In this document: positions 11,801 to 25,968 of the stretch, piece after piece | Layout of the letters: each line of letters starts with the position of its first letter | Position numbering within the stretch: the first letter of the stretch is position 1 | NCBI GenBank assembly: GCA_002633005.1 | Contig: NMRA01000057.1 | Coordinates: 1,018,005-1,082,004 of the forward strand | Source: Phoronis australis | Taxonomy: Eukaryota; Animalia; Phoronida | Direction of reading: 5' to 3' | Length of the DNA stretch: 64,000 nt | The notes under the pieces: generated by a model | Seen by the model: only the letters and a program-made list of their open reading frames with translations | The model's database searches: none | Told to the model about the DNA's origin: nothing | Translations under genes and position numbers: made by a program

Positions 11801-12240
11801 GTGACACTATGTTTTGGAAAAGCCATTATGAAAAATTGAGCTTTTTAGGAAAATTTAAATACGATTTTAATTAAAAAACTAGTCACTCAAAAATAATTTT
11901 CAAAGTTTTTTCTCAAGTTGTGGGTAATATTTAAGACGACATATTTAAAAATAATACATTTTACAGAGGAACACGGAAAAACAAAAACAGTGTATCTACT
12001 AATAACAGAGTGACAAGACCCAAAAAATCAATGCCAGGCCAGTGAACACCAACTCAGACCCTTTCTAGGTCATTCATGAACAATACAATACTAAAATCAC
12101 TGAACAATGGTGCAAGGTGAACGAAGACATACAAACAAGGCTAGATATGGGTGAAGTAAGGCATGATTACAGTGAAAACATACAACTGTTTGCTAACACC
12201 TGTTTAAGGAATGAAAACAAGACCGGAACGTACCCGAGTC

Positions 12241-12410
12241 TCAATTGGTCTGCATGGCCTTGAACTTTGCCAGTAAGCTTTTGGTGGTGCCCTCTTCAGG
12301 CAGCTCCTCCTCATCATTGTAGTCCTGTTCACGGACGACGTCGGCGCGCTGCTCTGGCATGTTTTCAAACTCGCCACCCTCTACCTTTGGTTCACTATGA
12401 GTTCTAGGAG
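12241..12410 (-). CDS. Duplicate (copy A) of the terminal exon of the minus-strand repeat protein
   Basis: Same 170-bp exon as 17187-17356, with N>S and T>M changes. Confidence 0.7.
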
Positions 12411-12952
12411 CTACAGAAACAACATAAGGAATTGCTAACAAATAATATTACCAATGGTCACAATGAAGACCAGTACGTCACAATGTCATTGTTAATATGC
12501 AGCCATTATTGAGGATCTAGTTTACTCTTGTACATATAAGACTGCTTGTACCTTGTTCATTAGATGATCAATATTTTCCTCATGATGATGACATTATAAC
12601 AACGTGATTAAGACACTACATAAATAAACAAATTTGAAGTAATTTGTAATAAAAATATTGTGACACAATTATTTTAACTGCGGTAAAAATTCGCCAGTTC
12701 GGGAGAGTGGAAAATTTGGCCATTTTGGTGAAGGTTGAAGCTCACACCAAAATTTAGAAATAGCCAATATTGGCTGCGGCAAATCACGAGAAAGACAGAT
12801 TTATCTCAGACTTTGTTGATATATCATGCAGTGTTAATGCGATGAACGCCAAAATGACCAATGTCCCAATCTTCACAATCAATAAAATTCGAATCTCAGA
12901 GTTTCAAATTTGTGACTTCCACAAACTGCAAAAAAATTTTTCCTGTACGTAC

Positions 12953-13178
12953 CAGGTTCACTGTCGTAGATGCCACTGTCGGCGTCGCCAGAGTTATTGC
13001 TGGCCGTCTTCTTTGCGGAACTCCGCTGTCGCGAGGGAGTCTTGGGTAGAGGCACCAGCTGTGGGCTGCTACTCTCGATAGACTTGAACTTGGCCAGCAG
13101 GTTACGCGCCATGCCCTCCTCGGGTAGTTCTTCCTCTTCATTTGGATTATCTGCCTCTCGCAGGACGTCAGTGCGTAC
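12953..13178 (-). CDS. Duplicate (copy A) of the penultimate exon
   Basis: Same 226-bp exon as 17924-18149 with identical translation and intact splice sites. Confidence 0.7.
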
Positions 13179-14449
13179 CTGCAAGAGAGACCGGAAAGTT
13201 CACGTGAGACTTCGCTTGGGTGTCCTACACACTGTACATACAGTCCAAGCATTACGGTGGGAGGCAAATCAATGGCAAGCCTTGTTTGATTTTGATTTTA
13301 AGTTTGTCAGAAGAAATAAGACACAAGTTCCAAGAAAGACTATTTAATTGTGTTCAGTGTCCAGGCTGGAGCTCAGACTATTTCTGAAATCAATTTAACA
13401 GTCTAAAGCATGTTTCATCACAATTTCATCGTAGTAGAAATTCTGGGTCACCTAAAGTGAGTGTGCAGTATCGCATAAACAAAGACTTTATTTAGATAAC
13501 ATACAACTGGTCAGCCTTTATTTAATGTCTTGTAACAAAACAGAGTGGTAGTGGGATTAACCATTGGAACAGCTTTGATGGCTGGCGAGTTCTGGCAGAT
13601 ATTTACCCACGGGAGGGGGGGTGGGTTTACTACACGACATGATAAATGATGGAGAAAACAAACTTCATTCCTTTATTCTAGCCATGTACTGTAAACAGTG
13701 CCAACTGATAATGTCCCACCAACATACACACATTGTTAGTTAGGAATGTGCCAAAGTCTTTTGATTCTAAACACCAGGGTATATATTTGGAAAATGGCAA
13801 TGTTTGTACCTGTCTAGTTCCTCAAAAATAAGCTTGGACTTAAAAAGGAAAATGCGTCAGCATAGACTATTAGTACATGGACCGCAAACTCCGTATTTTC
13901 ACTGGACAAAACCCTACGCATAAGCCCTGATGTCACTATTCACTAGCGAAACCTGGCAGACATAACACATTTTACTGCCGGCAAGTAAGTCGTCTGCTAA
14001 TCATGGTCGGCTGCCGTGTGGTCGGGTGCATGACCAGTAGCATTGCCAAAAGTACTCACAATACCAAGAGTTCTACTATTGAAAGACTTTGAACAGCATT
14101 TCAACGCCGAAATTATTTTTTTCCTTGTACTAGACAGTGAAATGGATGCAAAAATTTCCGGTCACTGACCGTAAACTGAGTTTGCTATGTTTAGAGGGTG
14201 GCGCTTCCTCGTGGATATTTCGCAAGAAAATGTCACAGTTGCGAATCTGTTGTCTATAATCTATGGTGCCTGCGACTTCGAAACATGACGACCGATATGT
14301 CTAGTTAATAAACACTGTATGGTACCAAGAGTAACACTAAGTAATTCTAGTAGGTAAGCAAACAATGTGCCTATAACGTCCTGTTTCTCATATGGACCGT
14401 CAAATTTTTCTGTTCGACACTTGCTGACACTGTTCATTTTGGGGAAGCC

Positions 14450-15214
14450 NNNNNNNNNNNNNNNNNNNNNNNNNNNNNNNNNNNNNNNNNNNNNNNNNNN
14501 NNNNNNNNNNNNNNNNNNNNNNNNNNNNNNNNNNNNNNNNNNNNNNNNNNNNNNNNNNNNNNNNNNNNNNNNNNNNNNNNNNNNNNNNNNNNNNNNNNNN
14601 NNNNNNNNNNNNNNNNNNNNNNNNNNNNNNNNNNNNNNNNNNNNNNNNNNNNNNNNNNNNNNNNNNNNNNNNNNNNNNNNNNNNNNNNNNNNNNNNNNNN
14701 NNNNNNNNNNNNNNNNNNNNNNNNNNNNNNNNNNNNNNNNNNNNNNNNNNNNNNNNNNNNNNNNNNNNNNNNNNNNNNNNNNNNNNNNNNNNNNNNNNNN
14801 NNNNNNNNNNNNNNNNNNNNNNNNNNNNNNNNNNNNNNNNNNNNNNNNNNNNNNNNNNNNNNNNNNNNNNNNNNNNNNNNNNNNNNNNNNNNNNNNNNNN
14901 NNNNNNNNNNNNNNNNNNNNNNNNNNNNNNNNNNNNNNNNNNNNNNNNNNNNNNNNNNNNNNNNNNNNNNNNNNNNNNNNNNNNNNNNNNNNNNNNNNNN
15001 NNNNNNNNNNNNNNNNNNNNNNNNNNNNNNNNNNNNNNNNNNNNNNNNNNNNNNNNNNNNNNNNNNNNNNNNNNNNNNNNNNNNNNNNNNNNNNNNNNNN
15101 NNNNNNNNNNNNNNNNNNNNNNNNNNNNNNNNNNNNNNNNNNNNNNNNNNNNNNNNNNNNNNNNNNNNNNNNNNNNNNNNNNNNNNNNNNNNNNNNNNNN
15201 NNNNNNNNNNNNNN
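14450..15214. other. Assembly gap (765 N)
   Basis: Run of n. Confidence 1.
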
Positions 15215-17186
15215 CTGATGATTATTCAAGTAAAATATAAGCAATTGTTAGTGATGACACAGTCCTTTAATTGTTGGGGATAGCACTGGCCCCTGGCGAA
15301 AACTTCGATGAGACTGGAGTTGACCGTTCATACCGCACTGTAGCGTCGATGCTACGCTGTTAAATCCACCTGTTCACTGGGAAATTAACTGGCGCAGCTA
15401 ACTTCGATACAGGACCGAATTTGACCATTCATGCTGAGTACAACTCCTCAAAACCACTAACCATCAACGTTAGTGTGAAATAGCCTTAAGAAACAAGGCA
15501 AAGGCGAGAATAACAAGATCAATGCAAAACGGTGAAATGTGTGTCCACGACTGTAAACAGTACACGGATCTCCAGGGTAATTTTATTATCATGTATGAAC
15601 AAGTCTGAAACAAGGAAACAGCTGCCATCTCCTTATGAGGCAAATTTCGCACACAAGCGAAGAAAAACCGAATTGTCACCAGGAGACACTACGATACTGG
15701 GACCTAACCCAAAATCAGTGTCAGGCATACTCTCTTCACAGAAATCCATCAATGAACGTAGTAAATATTGAGGCAAGGCAAAACCGGACTTGCCACTAGG
15801 AGGCACCACAGTAATTTGACCCGTCTGACCACATACATCAGTTGTGATCGTCTCGTTAGGAAAACGTGTAAAATTTCACAAAATGAAATTAGCTTGAAAA
15901 GTGCATAGTTGTCATTTTAACCACATCTCTGAAAATTTCTTTCCCTGTAGGGCAGCTCATGAAGCTTGAATTCACTACTTGCATGAATTCGCCATTATAC
16001 TCGAAAACGAGGCATTATGACCCAACTACAATGGTTCTGCATGTTTGGAATTGGAACCCAAATACTTTCACGTTTGCATTGTTAAAGTTGATGCTAAAAC
16101 AAGGCATTGTGTCCTAAACAACAATGATTTTTGCAGCGCCACCAAAGTGTGCCAGTAGTGAATGGTAACTAACTGTAGGAATCTGTGACCTTTGACCATA
16201 AATTGTCCAATTATCACACCACCACAGAATGTCCTTTTGTAATAAAGCACAACAGACCAAGCAGACCTTTTGGATTTGGGCCAGAGAAGCAAAGAAAATT
16301 CAAATGTTAAATGCACCAACTGAAAAGTTGGTTATTTTGCAATTAATACCCTCTGGTGGCTTTTTACTGTGTTCATTAAAACTTTCAGTGAAAGTTGATC
16401 CAAAGCAGCGTACGAGAACTGCAAAACTTTAAACACGTTTATCTCAGTTCATTATTTCACAGTAGTGGCGATACGCTCAAGTTTATTTCTCAACTATTTT
16501 TTGAACAATATTTACGAAACAAAAAAATTGAAATATAATACAAATGAACTTCAAATGCGTGCCAGGGATTTTATTTAAATTGATTATAACTTAGTTATTT
16601 TGAAGTTGGAATTATGACAGAATGTTGTGTATTTGCCAAATCTCAAAAACAAAATACAAAAAACAGTATGTGACGATGGCTTTATGGTCATAACTGTGCA
16701 TTGGTGACTTAAATAAGACTATTTGAAGATTTTGAAATCTGTGACACTATGTTTTGGAAAAGCCATTATGAAAAATTGAGCTTTTTAGGAAAACTTAAAT
16801 ATGATTTTAATTAAAAAACTAGTCACTAAGAATTTTTTTCTAAAGTTTTTTCTCAAGCTGTGGGTAATAGTTGAGACGACATATTAGTAAAAATAATACA
16901 TTTTACAGAGGAACACGGAAAAACAAACAGTGTATCTACCTCCCCTAATAACAGAGTGACAACACCCAAGAAATCAATGCCAGGCCAGTGAACACCAATT
17001 GAGACCCTTTCTAGGTCATTCATGAACAATACAATACTCAAGTCACTGGACAATGGTGCAAGGTGAAGGAAGACATACAAACAAGGCTAGATATGGGCGA
17101 AGTCAGGCATGATTACAGTGAAAACATACAAATGTTTGCTAACACGTGTTTAAGGAATGAAAACAAGACCGGAACGTACCCGAGTC

Positions 17187-17356
17187 TCAATTGGTCTGCA
17201 TGGCCTTGAACTTTGCCAGTAAGCTTTTGGTTGTGCCCTCTTCAGGCAGCTCCTCCTCATCATTGTAGTCCTGTTCACGGACGACGTCGGCGCGCTGCTC
17301 CGGTGTGTTTTCAAACTCGCCACCCTCTACCTTTGGTTCATTATGAGTTCTGGGAG
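17187..17356 (-). CDS. Minus-strand repeat protein, terminal exon (A)PRTHNEPKVEGGEFENTPEQRADVVREQDYNDEEELPEEGTTKSLLAKFKAMQTN*
   Basis: tttctgtag| acceptor, phase 1 entry matching the upstream exon, TGA stop, contains a full repeat module. Confidence 0.88.
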
Positions 17357-17923
17357 CTACAGAAACAACATAAGGAATTGCTAACAAATAATATTACCAA
17401 TGGTCACAATGAAGACCAGTACGTCACAATGTCACTGTTAATATGCAGCCATTATTGAGGATCTAGTTTACTCTTGTACATATAGACTGCTTGTGTCTTG
17501 TTCATTTAGAAGATCAATATTTTCCTCATGATGACGAGATTATAACGTGATTAAGACACTACATAAATAAACAAATTTGACGTAATTTGTCACAAAAATA
17601 TTGTGACTCAATTATTTTAACAGCGGTAAAAATTTGCCAGTTCGGGAGAGTGGAAAATTTGGCCATTTTGGTGAAGGTTGAAGCTCACACCAAAATTTAG
17701 AAATAGCCAATATTGGCTGCGGCAAATCACGAGAAAGACAGATTTTGCACTGACAGCTACTATCAAGAATTTCATCTCAGACTTTGTTGATATATCATGC
17801 AGTGTTAATGTGATGAACGCCAAAATGACCAATGTCCCAATCTCCACAATCAATAAAATTCCAATTTCAGAGTTTCAAATTTGTGACTTCCACAAACTGC
17901 AAAAAAATTTTTATTGTACGTAC

Positions 17924-18149
17924 CAGGTTCACTGTCGTAGATGCCACTGTCGGCGTCGCCAGAGTTATTGCTGGCCGTCTTCTTTGCGGAACTCCTCTGT
18001 CGTGAGGGAGTCTTGGGTAGAGGCACCAACTGTGGGCTGCTACTCTCGATAGACTTGAACTTGGCCAGTAGGTTACGCGCCATGCCCTCCTCGGGCAGTT
18101 CTTCCTCTTCATTTGGATTATCTGCCTCTCGCAGGACGTCAGTGCGTAC
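17924..18149 (-). CDS. Exon VRTDVLREADNPNEEEELPEEGMARNLLAKFKSIE...GIYDSEP
   Basis: cttacag| acceptor and G|gtacgt donor, 226 bp, phase 0-1. Confidence 0.88.
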
Positions 18150-19604
18150 CTGTAAGAGAGACCGCAAAGTTCACGCGAGACTCCGCTTGGGTGTCCTACA
18201 CACTGTGCATACAGTCCAAGCATTATGGTGGGAAGCAAATCAATGGCAAGCTTTGTTTGATTTTGATTTTAAGTTTGTCAGAAGAAATACGACACAAGTT
18301 CCAAGAAAGACTATTTAATTGTGTTCAGTGTCCAGGCTGGAGCTCAGACTATTTCTGAAATCAATTTAACAGTCTAAAGCATGTTTCATCACAATTTCAT
18401 CGTAGTAGAAATTCTGGGTCACCTAAAGTGAGTGTGCAGTATCGCATAAACAAAGACTTTATTTAGATAACATACAACTGGTCAGCCTCTATTTAATATC
18501 TTGTAATGAAACAGAGTGGTAGTGGGATTAACCATTGGAACAGCTTTGATGGCTGGCGAGTTCTGGCAGATATTTACCCACGGGAGGGGGGGTGGGTTTA
18601 CTACACGACATGATAAATGATGGAGAAAACAAACTTCATTCCTTTATTCTAGCCATGTACTGTAAACAGTGCCAACTGATAATGTCCCACCAACATACAC
18701 ACATTGTTAGTTAGGAATGTGCCAAAGTCTTTTGATTCTAAACACCAGGGTATATATTTGGAAAATGGCAATGTTTGTACCTGTCTAGTTCCTCAAAAAT
18801 AAGCTTGGACTTAAAAAGGAAAATGCGTCAGCATAGACTATTAGTACATGGACCGCAAACTCCGTATTTTCACTGGACAAAACCCTACGCATAAGCCCTG
18901 ATGTCACTATTCACTAGCGAAACCTGGCAGACATAACACATTTTACTGCCGGCAAGTAAGTCGTCTGCTAATCATGGTCGGCTGCCGTGTGGTCGGGTGC
19001 ATGACCAGTAGCATTGCCAAAAGTACTCACAATACCAAGAGTTCTACTATTGAAAGACTTTGAACAGCATTTCAACGCCGAAATTATTTTTTTCCTTGTA
19101 CTAGACAGTGAAATGGATGCAAAAATTTCCGGTCACTGACCGTAAACTGAGTTTGCTATGTTTAGAGGGTGGCGCTTCCTCGTGGATATTTCGCAAGAAA
19201 ATGTCACAGTTGCGAATCTGTTGTCTATAATCTATGGTGCCTGCGACTTCGAAACATGACGACCGATATGTCTAGTTAATAAACACTGTATGGTACCAAG
19301 AGTAACACTAAGTAATTCTAGTAGGTAAGCAAACAATGTGCCTATAACGTCCTGTTTCTCATATGGACCGTCAAATTTTCCTGTTCGACACTTGCTGACA
19401 CTGTTCATTTTGGGGAAGCCCACAAACTGCAGACATTCTTCATTGAGACTCCAAAAGCAAGAGCATGAGCCTACTTTTGGAATGAGAAATATTTTCTAAG
19501 GACTTCACCATGGGCCTAAATCTGGAGGGCCAGTTTGCAATGAGGAAATATTTGGATTAATATTTTTTAACATCTCCATAACCTTACCATGTGACTGCCA
19601 TTAC

Positions 19605-19727
19605 CTGTGGTGTACTTTCGAACTCTCCTCCAAGGGAATGAGACACACTGTCACCATCTGAAGCAGTGGAACTCACGTCATCCCTAGAAGTGGAGTGCAC
19701 GGTCGGTCGTAGTGGAGTGGGTGTGGC
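19605..19727 (-). CDS. Exon ATPTPLRPTVHSTSRDDVSSTASDGDSVSHSLGGEFESTPQ
   Basis: ttctag| acceptor and CAG|gtaatg donor, 123 bp, phase 0-0. GGEFESTPQ joins VRTDVLRE in the next exon to complete a repeat module. Confidence 0.88.
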
Positions 19728-20920
19728 CTAGAATACCAAGCGTATGAATCGTCGAGTTACCATGGTAACAAGTAGTACTAATAACGGATTATACGAACTG
19801 CATCCAAGGGTTGTAAAGTCTGAACAACACGGTGGGTTGCCTTCAAATATTTGGCGATTAAAAATTCATTATTACAAGACTATCGATACTCCGGTTCTCC
19901 GATTGCCTAAAACACAATTACTTATATTATGTGATGCTGAACAGCTGGCCTTGGAATATCACCCTTCATTCACACAGCCGAGATGTCTGATGTCGCTATT
20001 GATGACATGACCAATTACATATTGCTGAAATCATAAATCCCTACCCAAAATCAAGCAGCAAAAACAATACATAAAAGCAGGTGTAACCACAGGCTAATTT
20101 AATAAAAAAACAAAAATCAGAGGAAAGCACCGTTAGTAGTAGCATAACAAAACGAAAATAGATCAATCTCTTCACAAAAATAGATCAATCTCTCTGGCAT
20201 ATCAGGTCATACTACTTAGTATCACCACAGGGGGCAGTCTATATTTTGCAAAGATACTGCATACAGCCAGTTAGATTCAGACACATCATTGCAGCAGCTA
20301 GAAAGTCTAGTGTTTAGCTACGCTACCTATTAATTAACACATATTAAAAAAGTATGTCCAGATTACCTTGTTGAAAAATTTCTACAATTGTGAGCACAAC
20401 TTTGACGAAGATAGACAAATTTCATCAAAATTCTAATATTTCATTACACCAATAACTGGGAACCTCAAAACTAAACAACTAGATTGTTTATAAATTCATA
20501 TTCAACAATATCTATTCTGCCAAGTTGCTCTATAAACAGATTTGACAGGCGAGATGCTCAGAGCAACAGCCCTATCATTTAACCCTGTTGGCCACCACAG
20601 ACACTTCAAGCATTGTATTAGGCAGCTAAGACAAGGGTTGAGAATATGAGTTGCAATGAAGACTTGTGTTCTGGTTGACTAAAGTGTAATTAAAACAAAC
20701 AGTTAAACAACAAATGTATCAGTGGCTGAACTCGATTGACTTCAACAGTTTCATGGGGTCAACCAGCTATGACATCCGATGGATCGTTTTAAAATCTGGA
20801 AGTCATGACTGGGAGCCAATCGAATGTCTTAGCCGGATTACCCGACAGAGCCGGCCAACCAAGTGTACACACAGTGCGCAAAATGTTATCAAACTAAATT
20901 GTCATGCTCATTCATGGGTT

Positions 20921-21171
20921 CAGTAGCGTGCAGAAGGAGGGGCCCCGACAGGGCAATAGCCTCGAGCATCCACATCGGATGGCATCCGGTCGCTAGGAAT
21001 AAACTTTTTAAAATTGTGACTAATTTGCTGTTAAGATGAATAAAGTTTATATTTTATGTTTCACTTTTTTACTTTTCTTTGTGTTATATCCATGCAAAGC
21101 CAATTGAGTAGAGAGAGGGACGTTCAATAAAAATATTGCCCGGGGCATTGCCAAACCTCTGCACGCTACTG
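20921..21171. mobile_element. hAT-type MITE
   Basis: 14-bp TIR cagtagcgtgcaga / tctgcacgctactg; 8-bp TSD catgggtt / catgggct (7/8 match). Confidence 0.85.
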
Positions 21172-21231
21172 CATGGGCTGCACTGGGCTGAAACTGAACC
21201 ATATTTTCAAAATTAATATAAATGCAACGAG

Positions 21232-21264
21232 TATATATATATATATATATATATAAATATATAT
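21232..21264. repeat. (AT)n microsatellite
   Basis: tatatata run. Confidence 0.9.
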
Positions 21265-21339
21265 GGAAAAATTGAAAAAAACAGACTACGCACAAAATTC
21301 CTTAAGCTTGAATAATCCTAAATGGCCATATTAAGCAAC

Positions 21340-21500
21340 CTAAAAATATACGTCCTTGTTCAAGCTTACCCAATATTACTCAAGCTTGGTCAATATTATT
21401 CAAGCTTGGACCATATTGTTCAAGCTTGCCCAATATTAATCAAGCTGAGCCAACATTGTTCATGCTTATGTTCTCATCTTATTCAAGGTTGCTCAATAAG
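21340..21500. repeat. Degenerate ~20-bp tandem repeat
   Basis: Repeated ttcaagcttg/a..caatatt units. Confidence 0.6.
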
Positions 21501-24112
21501 CTCCAATGACCTAGCTAGCAGCATGGAATATTCTAGAGCAAGTGAGTGCGTACCACAAAACTTCGCTGTCACGTGAACACGTCACGAGAAATGTATATGT
21601 TAATCATCAGCTGGTTAGAAAATGAGATTCGCTCGCTGACGAAATTTGCTTATAGTCAGCTTGAGTTACGTTACTGAGCTGCAATCTTTTCAAGTTTGCA
21701 CAGCAATGGTTACCAAAAGGGAAAGGTTTTCCAAGCTTTGAATTCAAGGTTGAAAAAGATGACTGGACGAACAAACTTATTCAGGTTTGTTTTGACATGA
21801 GGCCTGTTTTACTAACCCAGCAATGTTACATAAGGGCAAAAGAAGATTGGAACTTGGAGAACAACAATCAAGATTTTCAATCACCTTGCCTATTTGGAAA
21901 ATCGTCAACCCGGACATATAAAACTGAGGAATGCAAGTGGTCATCAAAATTAATGATAATGAAGCAAAGATTTAGGATTCAAAGAACTGCTCTCAAATGA
22001 CGACTTGTACAAGGTAGACCTACATCTGCCAATATACAGCAAGCAGAGCCCCAAAAAGTACCTGGAAAAGGACTGCGCTGAGTCTATGTGCAAGCCTTTT
22101 TGGCCGAATACATCAGCCACGCTGCTGCAGATGTGAACAGTGGCAGTTCAAAGGCTGGCAAAAGCACATGGAAAGGCATTTCTCAAAATTAACGCCTAAA
22201 TCCTAAACTATTTACATGGCAAGAGAATGTCAGACACTGTCGAAATATCTATAAGCCAATCTTTTCACGAACAGATAATCCCACACTCCAAATACCCATT
22301 TGTCAAAAACTGAGATTTGTTTAACTAGGAAAATAGCATTTCATATTACCCGTGTGGTAAGTTCATGCACGTCTACAAAGGAGTATCCAACATTCAACTA
22401 GTGTGGGGAGATGGCACCACGGTCTTTTTACAAGCAGACGACTATCGAATGCTTGTGGCTTTTCTACAGGACGGAAAAGCTACAGGGAATGCTGTGGGCA
22501 ACTCGGACATATTTTTACCTTTACCTCAACATGCAGAATATTTTTACTGGCATACATCTACAGCTAACAGCTTTAAAACCAAACACTATGTACAACCCTG
22601 CATGCCTATGGTATGTCATAATGCAGATCACAGAACTCTCCGTAAGCCTGGGTTAATACATTCAACACACAAGATGGCCGCCGGTGCTGGCTGCTACCTA
22701 CCTTCTCGCGATAAGTCACACCAATTGTGTAGTCCTTCAAATACAGTACACAGATGGGTTACACGTCTGAGTCGTCTCAATCTGAGTATTTATACAGTCA
22801 CGCGAGTAGACAAACAGTAGAATGAAATCGTTTTTAAGGACTTCTTGCATACAAAGCTGGTTAACAGACAGCGTGGCTGTGTTTTAACCACATATCATAA
22901 TAAACAGTTCTTAAATTTATCCAGCTAAATTTCAGGCAATGCATGTTATCTACTGCTATAACTTAGGGCATCCCAAGAACAGCAAGATAGGAGTCAGGGC
23001 TAAAGAAACTTCGCCATAAAGTTCACAATATTTTGGTAGCCCATGACCACCAGCGATAAAAATTATTAGTAATAGATTTAAGTTCTTCTATATGATAAAT
23101 AGTAAGTGATCGTACCATTTTTGTTTCTGAGATACAATGTCAAAACGAATCTAAAATGGCAATCCAATTCTCAGCTACAAGGTCCAGATAGACATCACAT
23201 TTGTTAGGGGTCCATTTGCATGTTACAGAACTTATCAAATGGAGCTGTGACAAAATCTTTCTAAGCCATAATAACAAAAAGTTAGGCAAAACTTTTAACA
23301 CGCCATCATTTAATCATATTTTGCCAGCTTCAAAGTCTCAAGCCTGAAAATCTCACGGGGTCACACGCTATCTGCCGGACTGACATACACCCCCGTTCAA
23401 ATACCGTTCAGACTTGAAACCCTTGGAGGAGCTTGAGACTGATAGTTCAGTTCGTAAAATGTTTTGTTCAACGGGAAGCACAGAGATGTTTAAAAGGTTT
23501 ATCCGGTAGCATCACCTCATCATTCTTCAGACTTCAGAGCACTGCCCATTCGACAAAATATTCACGATTTGTACTGCAAATCCGAGGATTTGGAATGTGA
23601 TTGAAAGATTGAGCCAGGTGAATGGATTATCAAATATTTACAAGTAAACTACATTACTATGTCAAAAATGGGTGATTTACGGTAAATTACCAAATAGTGC
23701 ATAGATTCAGGGACCTTCAGTAAATGGGTGACTGCATTTATGGCATCAAACGTGAACAAGCAGGGAGTACTCTATCGAATAACTGGCAACCTTTTGAAAA
23801 AGAGTCTTTCCTAGAAATACAAGTATAGTATGAAGTTTGAAGTTGAAACACCGCAGCTATAATAATTCTTACACTGAAGAGATGCGTCCAACAAAGTTAG
23901 TATCTCTTGATTTAAGCGAAGTCACGTCAGTCTTCACACGACATCAACACGCATTACAAGCAAAGCACATGGTGTCACTAGTTTTCGATTATAAGAGATT
24001 CGTGTCATTGAATAATACATCCCTGTTCATTAAGTAGAGTACACATAACAACTGCCACTGCACGCACTCCCTCTATTGAGCATGCCTGTGTATGAATACA
24101 AATAGGTCTCAC

Positions 24113-24946
24113 CTTGTTGCCAATGCCAGAAGGCTTGTACTCTTTCTGTTGACTGGCAGTCGCCTCTAGAGACTTGAACTTGGCTAGCAGGCTCTTGGCC
24201 ATCCCTTCCTCGGGGAGCTCCTCGCCGATGTTGCTATCAACCTCACGTACAAGGTCGTCGCGCACCTCCGGCGTGTTCTCGAACTCGCCCCCTTCAGGGT
24301 TCATCTCATACGAGAAGTCGTGCTCGCGCACCACGTCCGAGCGTACCTCGGGAGTGTTTTCAAACTCGCCAGATTCAAGTCTCTCGGGTGACTCTCTTGG
24401 AGGTGCCGTTGTTTGTCCTGTCTTCGGCAGGTCCACCTGATAGCCGTAGCCATGGCGATACTTGCGATCCTGTTTTGCCTTGCGCTCAGGAGTCGGCATT
24501 GGAGCGTTGGTGTCCTCCATCGAGTGGAATTTCGCGAATAGTGTCCTAGCTGTGCCAGTAGGGGGCAGTTCCTCTTCCACAACTTCGCCCTTTTTGTCGG
24601 CGGCGCGGATCCGATCAGATTCGCTAGACACGCTCTCTCGGTCCTCTGACACTTCGCGGGGTTGCTCCCGCGGCGGTGTCATTTTCCTCGACTCCACTGG
24701 TTTGGGTGGTGTAGACGTCTCCATGGATTTGAATTTAGCTACAAGACTCTTCGACGTTCCAATAGGTGGTAGGTCATCCACTTGTTCTTCTTCTCGGTTA
24801 ACAACAGGTGCTGCCGGCTTGTTCTCGTCTGGCGTTAGAGACTTGCGTGTCCTGGGCGTTCTACTAGAGGGCGCTGGTGCGGCAGCTGCTTCTTGAGCTT
24901 GCTGTTCAAATCGAGACTTGACTGAGGCTAGTTGTGCGAAATGAAC
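24113..24946 (-). CDS. Large exon VHFAQLASVKSRFEQQ...EYKPSGIGNK containing about 4 repeat modules
   Basis: ccttgtag| acceptor and AAG|gtgaga donor, 834 bp open frame, phase 0-0. Confidence 0.92.
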
Positions 24947-25160
24947 CTACAAGGAATCAAATGAAGCGCAAATGATCAATGAAAACATCAGAAATTTAAA
25001 TAAGTGAGGAAAGAAAATTTCATTAAAATTTATCTGTCTACGCCAAATGTATGGTGAGAACACAGAAGACAACCAGATAAAAAACCCAAAACATTTCACT
25101 TTGAAATTTTGCCTTTCGACAGGAAACTTTTTTCTGAAAACTACTATAAAAATACGAAAC

Positions 25161-25226
25161 AGAGTGGCCTAGTGGCATAAGTGTGCGCTTCCTTAAGTCA
25201 TGGGTTTGAATACCACTGAGGCACAC
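25161..25226 (+). mobile_element. tRNA-derived SINE head fragment
   Basis: A-box-like tggcctagtgg and B-box-like ggtttgaatacc; no complete cloverleaf. Confidence 0.5.
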
Positions 25227-25895
25227 TGTTAGACCCTTGAATCAGGTCTTTAGCTCCTCAGTTTTAAATAAAAAATTCATAAAGCATAAAAATGGTTTCA
25301 GGTGATCAATGCAATGAGCCCACGTGAGCGGTCTGCACGTGTCTGGTACAACGTGCACCAGACTGTATGCCATTATTTTGTTTTTAATCAATAGATAACG
25401 ATTTTGACGGTCACACGATGTTTTGCTTACAGTGAAATTTGTAAACCATGAATTCCTCGCCAAAAACATCGAAGTTTGAGCTTGGATTGAGGGAGAGCAG
25501 TATTACTCTCCAGAGATCCATATGATCGGAAACACTCAAAGGATTGGTCTCTGTTTAATTACGTGACCACTGATGCTTCTTTCCTCTGATTTTTTGTCTC
25601 TTATTAGATTATTTTGTTCTTACCTACTTTGACATATTGACACCATTGGCTGGCTATTTCGGCAGGGGTTTTATTTAATATGATTCCTATGGCGTCCGAT
25701 TGGTAAGATCGCGCATAGCGACATCTGACCGAAATGAACAAGAAGAGACATTCTATGACCACGTTGTCCAATATTACCCTATATTCATGGTAGTTATTGT
25801 ATCTCGTTTCAACTTCAGAACGAGAGGACTGATGTATCAGTAGACATACAGTAATGTGTGGTGTTGTGTAAGAGTGTTGAATTTGAACATTTTAC

Positions 25896-25968
25896 CTCTT
25901 CCTTGTCTTTAGTTTCTCTGGCCACATTAGGGTCCCGCGGAATCTCTGGTTCTTCTTCAATTACAGGA
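25896..25968 (-). CDS. Exon (S)PVIEEEPEIPRDPNVARETKDKEE
   Basis: tttttcag| acceptor and GAG|gtaaaa donor, 73 bp, phase 2-0. Confidence 0.82.

Larger units (their letters stand above)
10141..14449. repeat. Copy A of a ~4.2-4.3 kb direct duplication (copy B 15215-19420)
   Basis: Both copies begin ctgatgattattcaag and end ttttggggaagcc, and they abut opposite sides of the N-gap. Confidence 0.95.
15215..19420. repeat. Copy B of the duplication (contiguous with the rest of the gene)
   Basis: See copy A. Copy B continues into unique sequence at 19421. Confidence 0.95.

Noticed and set aside
14261-15244. Long ORFs in the ORF track
   Set aside because: Artefacts of translating through N's.
24174-24896. 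Ser-rich plus-strand ORFs (also 12970-13347, 17941-18318, 57926-58351)
   Set aside because: Antisense shadows of the Glu-rich minus-strand exons.
25161-25226. tRNA gene
   Set aside because: A/B boxes are present but the cloverleaf stems are incomplete; treated as a SINE fragment.
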